Origin: Gammaproteobacteria bacterium
GTDB lineage: Bacteria > Pseudomonadota > Gammaproteobacteria > UBA9214
DNA length: 55,616 nt
Assembly: GCA_029864225.1 (NCBI GenBank)
Contig: JAOTTU010000001.1
Location: 1 to 55,616, forward strand
Direction of reading: 5' to 3'
Shown here: positions 39,802-51,803 of the stretch, one piece after another
Position numbering within the stretch: position 1 is the stretch's first letter
Layout of the letters: each line of letters opens with the position of its first letter
Notes under the pieces: generated by a model
What the model was told of the DNA's origin: nothing
The model's database searches: none
The model's input: only the letters and a program-made list of their open reading frames with translations
Program-made: the position numbers and the translations under genes

Positions 39802-40443
39802 ATGAAAGACTACCAGCACGAATTCATCGATTTCGCCATTGGCGCAGGCGTGTTGCGCTTTGGAGATTTCACCCTGAAGTCGGGACGCACCAGCCCCTAT
39901 TTCTTCAATGCCGGGTTGTTCAACACCGGTGAACACCTGGCCCGTCTTGGCCGTTTCTACGCCCGGGCCATCGTCGACAGCGGGATCGGTTTCGATGTCC
40001 TGTTCGGCCCGGCCTATAAAGGCATCCCCCTCGCCGCCACGGCCGGGATTGCGCTGGCGGATCATCACGACATCAATGTGCCATGGTGCTTCAACCGCAA
40101 GGAGGCCAAGGACCATGGCGAGGGCGGCAACCTGGTCGGGGCCGGCCTGTCGGGACGGGTGCTGGTCATCGACGATGTCATCACCGCCGGCACCGCGATC
40201 CGCGAATCCGTGAACCTCATCGAGGCCGCCGGCGCCACACTGGCCGGCGTTGTGATCGCTCTCGACCGCCAGGAGCGCGGCCAGGGTGAGCGCTCGGCCA
40301 TCCAGGAGGTGGAAGAAAGCTTCGGCATCCAGGTGATCTGCATCATCAGGCTGGAGCACCTGCTGGAATACCTGCTGGAGAAACCCGACCGCAGCGACGC
40401 GGTCGCGAAAATACAGGCCTATCGTGAGCAGTACGGCGTCTAG
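39802..40443 (+). CDS. pyrE: Orotate phosphoribosyltransferase
   Basis: Trimmed to the ATG at 39802 ([36 protein letters not shown]). PRTase motif [14 protein letters not shown]. Confidence 0.95.
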   Translation: MKDYQHEFIDFAIGAGVLRFGDFTLKSGRTSPYFFNAGLFNTGEHLARLGRFYARAIVDSGIGFDVLFGPAYKGIPLAATAGIALADHHDINVPWCFNRKEAKDHGEGGNLVGAGLSGRVLVIDDVITAGTAIRESVNLIEAAGATLAGVVIALDRQERGQGERSAIQEVEESFGIQVICIIRLEHLLEYLLEKPDRSDAVAKIQAYREQYGV

Positions 40444-40588
40444 CCCGCATTATTAACCGGGCAACAGAGTCACATAAGATACTGAGTTATTGAACAGAGC
40501 GCAGATAAAGAATAAGACAGTGTGCCATCGGGCATTGCCTGGCCCGGCCGGAACAGCGTTTTTCCGGGCGGGATCCGTGGATGAACTG

Positions 40589-41344
40589 TCAGCCGACAAT
40601 CAGCTTGAGGCCCACCAACAAGGTAATGATTTCGAAGGCCCGCTTGATCCAGCGGTTGCCGGACTTGATTGCCAGGTGCGCACCCAGGTAACCACCCAGC
40701 AGGGAACCCAGCAGCAGGGCCGGTAACCACGACCAGTGTATCTCGCCCAGGATGCCCAGGGTCAGGGCACCGGCCCCGTTCCAGAACATACCCACCAGTA
40801 TCAATGTATAGGCAATGGCGCGGCGGTAATCGAGGCCGAACCAGCGCACCAGCCACAGGGTCACGAACAGGCCGGTGCCGGAGGTCAGCGAACCGTTCAG
40901 CGCACCGATGCCGAACAGGACCAGGCCCCCGATCAGGATCCCGCGCCGGTCGCGGTTGCGGGGCCTGACCGACTGACCCAGCCCCGGATTCAGCCAGGAA
41001 TAGATACCCAGGCCCGCGGTCAGCAGGCCCAGCGCCACCTCGGCCGTCCGTTCCGGCACACTGAGGATGATGTTTGCACCCACTACCACGCCCGGCAGTC
41101 CGAAGCCAAGAATAGAGATCACCAGGCGGCGTTCCAGGGCCCCTTCTCTCAAGTGCCGGACCGTGGCGCCGATACCCAAGGCAACACTGGCCACTTTGTG
41201 GGTCGCCAGGGCGACCGCAAAAGGCAGGCCGAGGAAGATCAGGACCGGCAGCTGGATCAGACCCGCGCCGCCGCCGGAAAATGCCGAAAACAGATTGGCG
41301 ACCAGGGACACCAGGAACAGGACCCCGTGTTCCAGACCGCTCAA
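40589..41344 (-). CDS. TauE/SafE family sulfite/anion exporter
   Basis: 251-aa polytopic ORF with Gly-rich TM segments typical of the TSUP/TauE family. Confidence 0.75.
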   Translation of the reverse strand: MSGLEHGVLFLVSLVANLFSAFSGGGAGLIQLPVLIFLGLPFAVALATHKVASVALGIGATVRHLREGALERRLVISILGFGLPGVVVGANIILSVPERTAEVALGLLTAGLGIYSWLNPGLGQSVRPRNRDRRGILIGGLVLFGIGALNGSLTSGTGLFVTLWLVRWFGLDYRRAIAYTLILVGMFWNGAGALTLGILGEIHWSWLPALLLGSLLGGYLGAHLAIKSGNRWIKRAFEIITLLVGLKLIVG

Positions 41345-41430
41345 GACCGGGAACCTGTCCTGACTGGTTCGGGTATATACTTCCTGCTCATGGTACAGCC
41401 GAGGATTGCTTGAAGAGGAATTGCCACAAT

Positions 41431-42054
41431 ATGAAATTTACCTTCCATGATATCCGTTACCTGGTATTTTTGCCGGTCTTTTTAGTCGCCACGGCCGTGT
41501 CCGCAGAACGCACCTTTAAATGGATCGATGAAGCGGGCAATATCCACTTTGGTGACCGGGTGCCGCCCCGCTATGCGAACAGGGAACGCGAGGAGATCAA
41601 CGAACAGGGCCGCACCGTGAAGGTCCACGCGGCTGCCAAGACACCGGAGCAGAAGGCCGAGCTGAGACGCCTTGCTGAAATCGAAGCGGCGGAAAAGGAA
41701 AGGGCCAGAAAGCGGACGGTTCATGACCGCAGCCTGCTTGCGACCTACTCCAGCGAGGACGACATGCTGCTGGCAAGGGATGGCAAGATATCCAGCGTTG
41801 ACGCGCTCATCCAGCTGACCAACAGCCGGATTGAGAGCTCCAGGAAACGTCTGCTGACCCTTGAAACAGAAGCCGCCGAGTTCGAGCGCAGCGGTAAACC
41901 CGTCCCGAAAATCTTGCAGAACCAGATTACAACTGCCCGTACCCAGACAAAGGAAAACGAGGCCTTCGTTATCGCCAAGGAACAGGAAAAACAGGCCATT
42001 ATCGAGGATTTCAGCGCGGACATCGCGCGCTACCGCGAACTAAAAGGTCACTAA
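41431..42054 (+). CDS. DUF4124 domain protein with coiled-coil C-terminus
   Basis: Trimmed to the ATG at 41431. It has a signal peptide followed by the FKWIDEAGNIHFGDRVPP signature of DUF4124. Confidence 0.75.
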   Translation: MKFTFHDIRYLVFLPVFLVATAVSAERTFKWIDEAGNIHFGDRVPPRYANREREEINEQGRTVKVHAAAKTPEQKAELRRLAEIEAAEKERARKRTVHDRSLLATYSSEDDMLLARDGKISSVDALIQLTNSRIESSRKRLLTLETEAAEFERSGKPVPKILQNQITTARTQTKENEAFVIAKEQEKQAIIEDFSADIARYRELKGH

Positions 42055-42126
42055 CCCGAATGGCACTTACTTAAGGGGTGTCGTCTGTATAAATGTCCAA
42101 TTCGCGGCTAGCAGGCCGGTGCCGAG

Positions 42127-43089
<963 letters not shown>

Positions 43090-43125
43090 TTACGCGGCAA
43101 ACAAAGAAAGTTACAACGGCGGCCG

Positions 43126-45792
43126 TCAGAATGGCAATGACAACCCGGGATCGACCTGCAACAGCACGCGCCGGAATTCCTCCATGATGCGCGCCAGGGC
43201 CGCCTGGTCGTCTGCCTCGAAACGCAACACCAGAACCGGTGTGGTGTTCGATGCACGCACCAGGCCCCAGCCATCCTCGAAGTCGGCACGCAGACCATCG
43301 ATGGTGGAAACCTGCGCATGCTCGAAGTGCGCACTGGCCAGCAGGCGCTCGATGAACCTGAATGGTTCGCCCTCCTGCATGGCGACATTGAGTTCGGGCG
43401 TGTTCACGCTGTCAGGCAGGCTGGCGAACACCTCGGTGACGGGGCGTGCATCCTTGCCCAGAAGCTCGAGCAGCCGCGCGGCGGCATACAAGCCGTCATC
43501 GAAACCGTACCAGCGTTCCTTGAAGAAGATATGGCCGCTCATCTCCCCGGCCAGCAGCGCGCCGGTCTCCTTCATCTTGGTCTTGATGAATGAATGGCCG
43601 GTCTTCCACATCAACGGCTCGCCGCCGTGCTGACGGATAATGCCGTCGAGGAAGCGCGAGCACTTCACGTCATAAATGATCAGACCACCGGGGTTCCGGT
43701 CCAGGATATCAGCAGCAAACAACATCAGCACCCGGTCTGCCCAGATGATGTTGCCCTCGGTGGTGATCACGCCGAGCCGGTCGCCGTCGCCATCGAAGGC
43801 CAGTCCGATATCGGCCTGGGTCTGCCGGACAGTGTCGATCAGGTCCTTGAGGTTCTCAAGCTTGCTCGGGTCCGGGTGATGGTTCGGAAAGTTGCCGTCG
43901 ACCTCACAGAACAGCTCGGTGAGCTCGCAGCCGATCGCCTGCAGCAACTGCGGTGCGACGGCACCGGCCACACCGTTGCCACAGTCGATCACCACCTTGA
44001 GTGGCCGCTCCAGCTTTATATCGCTGCGGATACGCTCGATGTAATAGGGGATGATATCCATCTCCTCCACCCCACCCTGGCCGGATATGAAATTGCCGGC
44101 CTCGATACGTTCACGCAGTTGCTGGATGGAGTTGCCCGACAGGGTCTCGCCGTCGATCATGATTTTCAGGCCGTTGTAGTCCGGCGGATTGTGACTGCCG
44201 GTGACGACCACACCTGTCTGGGTGTCGAGATGGTTGGCGGCGAAGTACAGCACCGGGGTCGGCACCACACCGATATCCTTCACATCACAGCCTGTTTCCA
44301 CAAGGCCGGCTATCAGGGCCTGCACGAGCACCGGACCGGACAAACGGCCGTCACGCCCGACCACGACGGTATTGCGTCCCCGCTGAATGGCCTCACTGCC
44401 AATGGCGCGGCCAATCTGCTTTACTGCTTGCTGCGTCAGGGTCTGGTTCACGACACCGCGTATGTCATAGGCACGAAATATTGATGCGTCCACTACAGTT
44501 TCTGTTTCGTCCTCCGAGTTAAATTCCAGCGGGCCTTCTTCCACAATCACATTGTCCCCGCGCAAGGCCTCAAATTCCGGCGAAAGCTCATACAAGCTGG
44601 TCTGTCGGCCGGTCTCTGCGGTCACAGGCTCCTCATCCACCTCATCCACAACAACCGCCTCCTCTACCTGTTGCTCACTGTATTCCACAGACTCATCACG
44701 GGCATGGGCAATACCATTACGGGCCTGGGCAGTACCGATAATGCGCGTCATGAACTCGATCGTTTCCTGCATCTCGTTCAGACCACAGGGATAGTCACGC
44801 CGGGACTGCCCGTCCCGGACATCCTTGGCGAGATTGACCAGGCTGATCTGGTCCTGGTTCAACGCCCCGGACAGGCGCTTGAACAGCATCAGCGTGATTG
44901 CGGCCATGACGACGGCCATCACGAGAAAGGCCGCAACCACCCACAGACTGATCCTGGCCAGAAAGGCCGCGCTGCTCTGGGCCGGCCAGTAGGCGACCTG
45001 CCAGAGACTGCCCTTGACATCGCTGACGGCGATCGGCTCCCCTTCCTTGTAGCGTGCATCACCCTGGTGGCTTACCGTTACCGGCGCGCCCTTGGCACCC
45101 GTCTGCTGCAATTCCATGTAGCCGCTCAACTGGCGCGCACCGCCCAGGACCCCGGCAAACACCTCGCTTGAAAGCGACAGCATGACCAGCCCGACCACCC
45201 CGTCACCGGCCGGGTCCGTTACCCGCCGGATGATATTGATGTGCGATTGGGGCGTATTCATCAAGTGAACCTCGGCCAGCGGCGGCTTTTCACTGCCCTC
45301 TGCCTCGCGCATCTGGGCCAGTCCGGCATAACTCAGGGGCGGTGTGGCATCCGGACTGATCTGGTCGATCCCGGGAGGCAGCAATTGCACATTGATGACG
45401 GCCGGGAATAGCGTGGCGAGCAACACCTCACGTTCCCTGATGGCTGACTCATCCCGAGCCATCAACAGACCGGCTATGGCGGGGTCCCTGGCCACCCGGT
45501 CGATGCTGGAGCTGTAGAAATCCACCAGCGTCTCGACGTGCGCGGCAAACTGTTCAGTCAACCTGCCACTGTCCTGGTCGATGGTCTGTGAGATATAGTT
45601 GGCCGAGAACTGGAAGATGAACAGGGTAAGCACCGCCAGCACCACCACGGCGGCAACCATGATCTGCAGCTTGACCCTGAACAGGCTGGCACGCCGCACC
45701 TTGACGGCCTGCCTGGCCGGCGCAGACCCATGCGCTGTCGCATCGGTCTTGCCCTGCTTGCGTTTGAAAAAACTGGGTAGTGTCAGTTTCAT
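43126..45792 (-). CDS. algC: Phosphomannomutase/phosphoglucomutase (AlgC-type) fused to a ~435-aa N-terminal membrane-anchored sensor-like region
   Basis: Uninterrupted 888-aa ORF starting at ATG. Residues ~436-888 are the PMM/PGM (SIFRAYDIRG..., TGSHNPPDYNG catalytic-Ser loop). Residues 1-435 comprise two TM helices (~43-63, ~281-304) flanking ~217 aa, then a HAMP-like segment and an acidic linker. Confidence 0.88.
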   Translation of the reverse strand: MKLTLPSFFKRKQGKTDATAHGSAPARQAVKVRRASLFRVKLQIMVAAVVVLAVLTLFIFQFSANYISQTIDQDSGRLTEQFAAHVETLVDFYSSSIDRVARDPAIAGLLMARDESAIREREVLLATLFPAVINVQLLPPGIDQISPDATPPLSYAGLAQMREAEGSEKPPLAEVHLMNTPQSHINIIRRVTDPAGDGVVGLVMLSLSSEVFAGVLGGARQLSGYMELQQTGAKGAPVTVSHQGDARYKEGEPIAVSDVKGSLWQVAYWPAQSSAAFLARISLWVVAAFLVMAVVMAAITLMLFKRLSGALNQDQISLVNLAKDVRDGQSRRDYPCGLNEMQETIEFMTRIIGTAQARNGIAHARDESVEYSEQQVEEAVVVDEVDEEPVTAETGRQTSLYELSPEFEALRGDNVIVEEGPLEFNSEDETETVVDASIFRAYDIRGVVNQTLTQQAVKQIGRAIGSEAIQRGRNTVVVGRDGRLSGPVLVQALIAGLVETGCDVKDIGVVPTPVLYFAANHLDTQTGVVVTGSHNPPDYNGLKIMIDGETLSGNSIQQLRERIEAGNFISGQGGVEEMDIIPYYIERIRSDIKLERPLKVVIDCGNGVAGAVAPQLLQAIGCELTELFCEVDGNFPNHHPDPSKLENLKDLIDTVRQTQADIGLAFDGDGDRLGVITTEGNIIWADRVLMLFAADILDRNPGGLIIYDVKCSRFLDGIIRQHGGEPLMWKTGHSFIKTKMKETGALLAGEMSGHIFFKERWYGFDDGLYAAARLLELLGKDARPVTEVFASLPDSVNTPELNVAMQEGEPFRFIERLLASAHFEHAQVSTIDGLRADFEDGWGLVRASNTTPVLVLRFEADDQAALARIMEEFRRVLLQVDPGLSLPF

Positions 45793-45850
45793 GGTGATTC
45801 CCGGGTATTCCTAGCGTGCTATCGACCGTACGGCGGGATTTATTGAGGAA

Positions 45851-46306
45851 TCAGTGGCGCCCGGTATGGCCAAATCCACCTTCCCCGCGCTCCGAGGCGG
45901 TGAATTCCTCGACCACCTCGAAATCGGCATGCACCACGGGCACGATCACCATCTGCGCGATGCGTTCGCCGGGTTGCACCGTAAACGACTTCTTGCCACG
46001 GTTCCAGCATGAGACGAACACCTGCCCCTGATAATCCGAGTCGATCAGGCCCACCAGGTTGCCCAGCACAATCCCGTGCTTGTGCCCCAGCCCGGAACGC
46101 GGCAGCAGCATGGCCGCCAGCCCGGGCTCCTCGATATGGATGGCCATGCCGGTCGGAATCAACGCGGTATCACCCGGTACAAGCTCCAGTGGCGCCTCGA
46201 CACAGGCACGCAGGTCCATACCGGCTGCACCGTCGGTGGCATAGTGCGGCAGCGGGAATTCATCACCCAGTCGCGGGTCCAGTAGCTTAAGCTGAATCTT
46301 GTGCAT
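45851..46306 (-). CDS. dut: dUTP diphosphatase
   Basis: 151-aa ORF; [15 protein letters not shown] and IDSDYQG motifs. Confidence 0.96.
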   Translation of the reverse strand: MHKIQLKLLDPRLGDEFPLPHYATDGAAGMDLRACVEAPLELVPGDTALIPTGMAIHIEEPGLAAMLLPRSGLGHKHGIVLGNLVGLIDSDYQGQVFVSCWNRGKKSFTVQPGERIAQMVIVPVVHADFEVVEEFTASERGEGGFGHTGRH

Positions 46307-47528
46307 GCAGTGGTATCACTGTGTCCTTGTTGTATTTGGCCAGGTAGTGCTCCGCGAGCAGCGCAACCAGTTGCCGGGCCAGGCGGGTCTTGCGGGTACG
46401 CCCGAATTGCTGCTCGCCCCCGTCCCAGAAGACCTGCAGGGCATTGTCATCCACCTCGAAGCCCTGACCGGGACCAACGACGTTGGCGGCGATCATGTCC
46501 AGCGACTTGGCGCGCAGCTTGTTGCGTGCGTTCGCCTCCAGCGCGTCAGTCTCGGCGGCAAAGCCCAGCGTGAACGGCGGCTCCGGCAAGGCGGCGACGG
46601 CAGCCAGGATATCGGGGTTGGGTTCCAGCACCAGGGTCATCCCGGCGGCGGACTTCTTGATCTTCCGCCCGGCCACGCTCTGTGGCCGGTAATCCGCAAC
46701 GGCGGCGGCGGCGATAAAGATATCCGTGTCCGCGATGTGTTCCATCACGGCGGCATACATCTGTTTAGCCGTCTCCACCTGGATGCCTTCCACCTGCTCC
46801 GGCAGCGCAAGTGCCACCGGCCCGGTGACCAGCGTGACCCGTGCCCCGGCCTCGGCGGCCGCGCGGGCAACGGCATAGCCCATCTTGCCCGAACTGCGGT
46901 TGCTGAGGTAGCGCACGGGGTCGATGGCCTCGCGCGTCGGCCCGGCGGTCACCAGCACCCGGCGACCGGCCAGGGCCCCCACCTGAAACAACCCGTCCAG
47001 CAGGCGGGCCAGTTCTTCGGGCTCGAGCATGCGGCCCGGACCGGTCTCTCCGCAGGCCTGGCTGCCCGTTGCGGGGCCCAGCACGTGCACCTGGCGCGTG
47101 CGCAAGGTCACCAGATTGTCCTGTGTGGCCGGCTGCTGCCACATGGCGCGGTTCATCGCCGGCGCCACGGCCAGCGGCGCCTCGCAGGCCAGGCAGACCG
47201 CCGCCAGCAGGTCATCGGCACGGCCCTGCACCAGCCGGGCAATGAAGTCCGCCGTGGCCGGCGCCACCAGCAAGGCATCTGCCCAGCGGGCCAACTCGAT
47301 ATGCCCCATGGCCGCCTCGGCCCGGGGATCCAGCAAGTCGCTGTGTACCGGCTGCCCGGACAACGCCTGCAGGGTCAGCGGGGTGATGAACTCCCGGGCA
47401 GCGGCTGTCATCACCACCCGCACTTCGGCGCCCTGCTCGCGCAGGCGCCGGACCAGTTCGGCACTCTTGTAGGCGGCAATCCCGCCGGTGACGCCCAGCA
47501 GGATGTGTTTACCGGATAACGTATTCAT
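46287..47528 (-). CDS. coaBC: Bifunctional phosphopantothenoylcysteine decarboxylase / phosphopantothenate-cysteine ligase
   Basis: Trimmed to the ATG at 47528 ([21 protein letters not shown]...). Contains both CoaC and CoaB halves. Overlaps the dut start by 20 nt. Confidence 0.93.
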   Translation of the reverse strand: MNTLSGKHILLGVTGGIAAYKSAELVRRLREQGAEVRVVMTAAAREFITPLTLQALSGQPVHSDLLDPRAEAAMGHIELARWADALLVAPATADFIARLVQGRADDLLAAVCLACEAPLAVAPAMNRAMWQQPATQDNLVTLRTRQVHVLGPATGSQACGETGPGRMLEPEELARLLDGLFQVGALAGRRVLVTAGPTREAIDPVRYLSNRSSGKMGYAVARAAAEAGARVTLVTGPVALALPEQVEGIQVETAKQMYAAVMEHIADTDIFIAAAAVADYRPQSVAGRKIKKSAAGMTLVLEPNPDILAAVAALPEPPFTLGFAAETDALEANARNKLRAKSLDMIAANVVGPGQGFEVDDNALQVFWDGGEQQFGRTRKTRLARQLVALLAEHYLAKYNKDTVIPLHAQDSA

Positions 47529-47594
47529 TAGCCGGCAGTTTAACAGAAGACCCCGGGGAGCGGACATGGGCCTGTCGTCCCGGATAACGGATTG

Positions 47595-47646
47595 TTCCCA
47601 CCGCAGAGACGCGGAGTGCGTGGAGTGCGTGGAGTGCGCGGAGTAA
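47595..47646 (+). repeat. REP-like element, AGAGACGC head plus 3.7 tandem copies of the 9-mer GGAGTGCGT (copy C1)
   Basis: TTCCCACCGCAGAGACGCGGAGTGCGTGGAGTGCGTGGAGTGCGCGGAGTAA. Confidence 0.85.
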
Positions 47647-47728
47647 TGACATAACGGCCCATGGGAAAGTCCTACAGCAGAAAGAGTCTGTTGCGGCTTT
47701 TGTTGTGTGCTGCCGCGGCGCTACGCTG

Positions 47729-47762
47729 TTTTCCCTGCGTCCACCGCGTCTCTGCGGTTAGT
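47729..47762 (-). repeat. REP-like element, inverted (copy C2)
   Basis: Reverse complement reads CTAACCGCAGAGACGCGGTGGACGCAGGGAAAA. Pairs with C1 across an ~80-nt spacer. Confidence 0.8.
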
Positions 47763-47814
47763 CGTTTATGTTATGGCCCAACTGGCCCCATTAATTCAAG
47801 AGTAGTGAGCCGTC

Positions 47815-48492
47815 ATGCACACCATCCGCGATTGGCCGGCCGCTGAACGGCCGCGTGAAAAGCTCATCGCCCACGGCCCGGCCGCCCTCTCGGATGCCGA
47901 GCTGCTCGCCATATTCCTGCGCACCGGCGTCAACGGCAAGACCGCCGTCGACCTGGCCCGGGAGTTGTTGCAGGCCTTCGGGGGGCTGCGTCCCCTGCTG
48001 GCAGCGGACCGGCGCCGCTTCTGTGACATGCACGGGCTGGGCACGGCCAGCTATGTCCAGTTGCAGGCGGTGCTGGAGATGGCGCGCCGCCACCTGCAGG
48101 AGCAGCTGCAGCGCGAAGACGTCCTGGAAAACCCCGACAGCACCCGCCGCTACCTCGCCAGTCGGCTGCGCCACCTGCCGCACGAGGTGTTCGCCTGCCT
48201 GTTCCTGGACACCCGCCACCGGGTGATTGCCTTCGAGGAACTGTTCCGTGGCACCATCGACGGTGCCAGCGTGCACCCGCGCGAGGTAGTGAAACATGCC
48301 CTGCACCACAATGCCGCGGCGCTGATCCTGGCTCATAACCACCCTTCGGGCGTGGCGGAACCCAGTCGTGCCGACATCCAACTCACCCGCCGCCTGGTGG
48401 ATGCCCTGGCGCTGGTGGATATCCGGATACTCGATCACCTGATCATCGGCGACGCGGAAACCGTGTCGCTGGCAGAACGCGGGCAGCTGTAG
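47815..48492 (+). CDS. radC: RadC-family JAB-domain protein
   Basis: 225-aa ORF; ERPREKL...[10 protein letters not shown]-terminal HhH region and the JAMM motif LAHNHPSG. Confidence 0.9.
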   Translation: MHTIRDWPAAERPREKLIAHGPAALSDAELLAIFLRTGVNGKTAVDLARELLQAFGGLRPLLAADRRRFCDMHGLGTASYVQLQAVLEMARRHLQEQLQREDVLENPDSTRRYLASRLRHLPHEVFACLFLDTRHRVIAFEELFRGTIDGASVHPREVVKHALHHNAAALILAHNHPSGVAEPSRADIQLTRRLVDALALVDIRILDHLIIGDAETVSLAERGQL

Positions 48493-48501
48493 ACTGCGCC
48501 G

Positions 48502-50910
48502 TCAGTGACGCATGGCCTTGGCCAGCGGCCTGAACTGCAGGGTGTAGAACATCTCCAGGTAGCGTTGCGTCTCGGCCCGCTCCAGGTCGGTGACATAACG
48601 CCAGAATCCGTACACCCGCGACAGTGTCATCAGGCGTTCCGCATACCCCTTCCAGGTATAGCGCTCGGTCACCCGCTGCAGGGCGCCCCGGGAAATACGT
48701 CGCCACTCCTCAGGGTTCTGCCGGCAGCGCGCAAAAAAATCCGCCATGCGCTGCGCCGCGGCACCGCCATGATTGGGATCGATATGAAAACCGGAAACCC
48801 CGTCCTCGATGATCTCCTGGGGGCCGCCGAAACAGGTCGCAAAGGTGGGCAGGCCGGTACCCATGGCCTCGATTACCGTGAGACCAAACGCCTCGAACAG
48901 TGCCGGCTGTACAAAGGCGCCGCCATGATCGGCAATTACGCGATACAGCTCGCCTGCAAGGGCCTTTTCCAGATACATGCCCAGCCATCTGACCTGGCCA
49001 TCCAGCTCATACTCATCCATCAGGCGGTGCATGTAGTGGATCTGTTCGTGCTCCTCTGTGCCGGCAGCCTCTGCCGGGTCGATATGCCCGGCGACCACCA
49101 GCAGATTCGCCTCGGCACGCAATTCGGGGCACTCCGCATACCATTTAACAAGGCCGGTAATGTTCTTGATCTGGTCCATGCGCGCCATGGTGAACAGGAC
49201 GGGCCTGTTACGGTCCTCCAGTACACCACGGATATCCGGCCGTGCCTGGCGACCAAACAGCAGCTCCTCGAATTCCGCCTGCAGGTGGCTGAGCCGCCGC
49301 TCGGTCCCGGTCGCGGGGAAATAGATCGCCGGGTCTGCCCCCGGCGAGACGATATTGAATTTCGGATCGAACACATCGATACCATGCACCACCCGGTACA
49401 GCCCCGGCATGGCATAGGCGCCATATGCCTCATACTGCCCCACACTGTCCTCCGTCCCCGCGATTTCCTGGTAGGTGGAGGTGATAATGAAGTCCGCCTT
49501 GTTCATCGCTATCAGGTCCGCGGTGAACTGGCAGGAAAAGTGGTACTGCGCTTCGTTTTCTTTCCAATAGAGGTCAGAGTAGAGGTATTTTGTTTTTTCC
49601 AGCGCGTGCGCGATATTGCACTGTGTCACCCCGAGCCGCTGCGACACGATCGACGCCACCAGGTTACCGTCTGAGTAGTTCCCGATAATAAGGTCCGGGC
49701 GCCCCCCGAGTTCGGCCAGCACCTCACGCTCGGCATCGAGGCTGAAGCGTTCCAGGTACGGCCAGACCTCGAATCTGGAAATCCAGTGCGGCAGTACTTC
49801 ACCGGTAGCATTCATGAAGGGGACGCGCAGGATCCGGGCATGGCGCGTCCCGGTGATCAACTCGCTGCGCTGATCACAGGAGGTCCCTTCAGCCTCGGGG
49901 ATGAGACGTGTCACCACCAGGATCTGCGGCTCGATATCAAGGCCCTGTTCCGCGAGACGGTGGTGCATTTCCTGTTCCAGGGCGCGCACCTGGTCGAGTA
50001 TATACACCACCTGGCCTCCGGTATCCGGACGCCCCAGTACATCCGACTGGCCAAACCAGCCGTGCGGCGACAGGATGGTTATAGAGAAAATCATCGGGAT
50101 GCACGCCAGGAAGTTCTCCAGATTGTCCGGCGACGGTGCCTCGAGTATATCGAGCAACAATTGCATGGTCTCGCGCATGCGCGCCGCATCCCGCCCCCAG
50201 CCAGGCTCGAATCCCATGGACCGCAGTTCGCTGCACAGCTCGTCCCAGTCCGCTGCGGGATCCTCACCCGCCAGGTAATCATCGGCAGCACGCAGTGTGC
50301 TGCGCAGTCCCCGCACATCCTTGACGGCTTCGTTCAGCATCAGTTGCTGTTCCCGGTAACTGTGCACCCTGAGAAAGTCCAGCAACCGTTGGTCTCCCTT
50401 GCCCAGGTCCTCGAACAAGCGGCTGGACAGACGCCGATTCAGAAACTCGACCCCGCGGCCGATGGAGCGTGCCTCGTGCATCTTGGGGAACTCGCGCGAG
50501 AACGGCTCCAGGTCGATCTCCAGCTCCCAGCTCCAGGCATCCTGGCTTCCGTTCACCAAACTCTCCTTGAAATACAGAAAGTTGCTGACGCTGATACGTT
50601 CCATGCTCATGGTGTCCAGATGCACCCGCAGGTATTCCCAGCGGCCAACACGCACTCGCAGCGCCAGGCAGATCCAGGCGGCGCCGACCACCGCTTCCTG
50701 CACCCGGTAGAGTAATTTTTCCAGTGGGCTGTTGCGCAGACTGTCCCCGTCCGGCTGCGCACACAGCCCGGCAAGCGCATCCTGCACATCACTACGCAGC
50801 AGAAACGCCCGCTTCATTCCCAGCAGGTGGTGCCACACCCGGTGAGTCTGGTTACGCTCCTGATGCATGTAGTTGGCAAGTGCCTCGAAAAATGCATCGT
50901 CCAGTGTCAT
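48502..50910 (-). CDS. Sucrose synthase (GT4, SuSy)
   Basis: ORF 48502..50961 trimmed to the ATG at 50910, which overlaps the frk stop as ATGA. 802 aa. [18 protein letters not shown] and overall SuSy-length architecture. Confidence 0.88.
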   Translation of the reverse strand: MTLDDAFFEALANYMHQERNQTHRVWHHLLGMKRAFLLRSDVQDALAGLCAQPDGDSLRNSPLEKLLYRVQEAVVGAAWICLALRVRVGRWEYLRVHLDTMSMERISVSNFLYFKESLVNGSQDAWSWELEIDLEPFSREFPKMHEARSIGRGVEFLNRRLSSRLFEDLGKGDQRLLDFLRVHSYREQQLMLNEAVKDVRGLRSTLRAADDYLAGEDPAADWDELCSELRSMGFEPGWGRDAARMRETMQLLLDILEAPSPDNLENFLACIPMIFSITILSPHGWFGQSDVLGRPDTGGQVVYILDQVRALEQEMHHRLAEQGLDIEPQILVVTRLIPEAEGTSCDQRSELITGTRHARILRVPFMNATGEVLPHWISRFEVWPYLERFSLDAEREVLAELGGRPDLIIGNYSDGNLVASIVSQRLGVTQCNIAHALEKTKYLYSDLYWKENEAQYHFSCQFTADLIAMNKADFIITSTYQEIAGTEDSVGQYEAYGAYAMPGLYRVVHGIDVFDPKFNIVSPGADPAIYFPATGTERRLSHLQAEFEELLFGRQARPDIRGVLEDRNRPVLFTMARMDQIKNITGLVKWYAECPELRAEANLLVVAGHIDPAEAAGTEEHEQIHYMHRLMDEYELDGQVRWLGMYLEKALAGELYRVIADHGGAFVQPALFEAFGLTVIEAMGTGLPTFATCFGGPQEIIEDGVSGFHIDPNHGGAAAQRMADFFARCRQNPEEWRRISRGALQRVTERYTWKGYAERLMTLSRVYGFWRYVTDLERAETQRYLEMFYTLQFRPLAKAMRH

Positions 50911-51803
50911 ATCAATTTCCAGTTGTCTATGAAGGTTTGGTAAAACCCGGAATCGTTGCATGTTGCCCCGCGGATGCCCGTGATGGCCGAGGCAAAGGCC
51001 TGGGCACGTTCCAGCATCAGCGGCACACTCCAGCCGCGCAGCAAACCCAGCGTCACCACGCTGGTAAAGGCATCGCCCGCTCCCACCGTGTCGATGACCA
51101 TGCTCTGGTTCTGAGGTACAACCCTGAATTCCTCGCCGCCAGACGCCAAGACCACGGCACCTGCAGCCCCACGGGTGACAATCAGTAGCTCGGCCCCGCA
51201 GCGGTCCTGCAGCTGCTGCATTTGTGCCTGCAGCCCGTATGCTTCCCCCCCAATCAGTGCCAGTTCAGCTTCATTCAGCTTGATCCAGCGCGCACCCCGC
51301 AGCAGTGACATGACGGTATCCCGCTGCCACCAGGGAGGCCGCAGATTGACATCAACCAGCCGCTGCAAGTCCCTGCCCTGTTGCAGCTGCTGCAATGCCC
51401 GCCCGGAGCCGGCATTGCGGACTGCGAGGCTGCCATGGTAGAGCAGCGCGCAGTCCGGCAGCGGCGGGATGGCGGCGGGGTCGATGTAGTCATAGGCCTG
51501 CTGGTCGACAATATCGAAGCCGGGCTCGCCGTCCTCGATGCGGATATCGACGCTGCCGGTCGGATGGGCCGAATCGAGCTGCAGCCCGGAGGCATCCATC
51601 CCCCAGGCATGCAGGGTGTCGCGTATCCTGCGGCCGAGGGCATCATCTCCCACCCGGGAAATAAACAGGGGCGCCATGCCAAAGGCCTGCAGATGCCAGG
51701 CGACATTGAAGGGCGCGCCGCCAAGCACCACACTGCCATCGGGAAACCGGTCGAACAGGACTTCCCCGAATATCACCGGGCGCTGGTCTGAAAAAGCATT
51801 CAT
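50907..51803 (-). CDS. Fructokinase (PfkB family)
   Basis: Trimmed to the ATG at 51803 (ATGA overlap with the spp stop). [23 protein letters not shown]-terminus and the DTVGAGDAF motif. Confidence 0.85.
   Translation of the reverse strand: MNAFSDQRPVIFGEVLFDRFPDGSVVLGGAPFNVAWHLQAFGMAPLFISRVGDDALGRRIRDTLHAWGMDASGLQLDSAHPTGSVDIRIEDGEPGFDIVDQQAYDYIDPAAIPPLPDCALLYHGSLAVRNAGSGRALQQLQQGRDLQRLVDVNLRPPWWQRDTVMSLLRGARWIKLNEAELALIGGEAYGLQAQMQQLQDRCGAELLIVTRGAAGAVVLASGGEEFRVVPQNQSMVIDTVGAGDAFTSVVTLGLLRGWSVPLMLERAQAFASAITGIRGATCNDSGFYQTFIDNWKLI

Noticed and set aside
40540-40580. Imperfect hairpin CCCGGCCGG-n12-CCGGGCGGG between the convergent pyrE and tauE genes as a bidirectional terminator
   Set aside because: There is a central mismatch, and no U-run follows the stem on either strand (the T-run lies in the loop). 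It is not convincing as an intrinsic terminator.
47613-47646. Tandem 9-mers as a possible CRISPR or minisatellite-coded peptide
   Set aside because: The units are far too short, are contiguous with no spacers, and form part of the REP-like element. No cas genes are present in the window.
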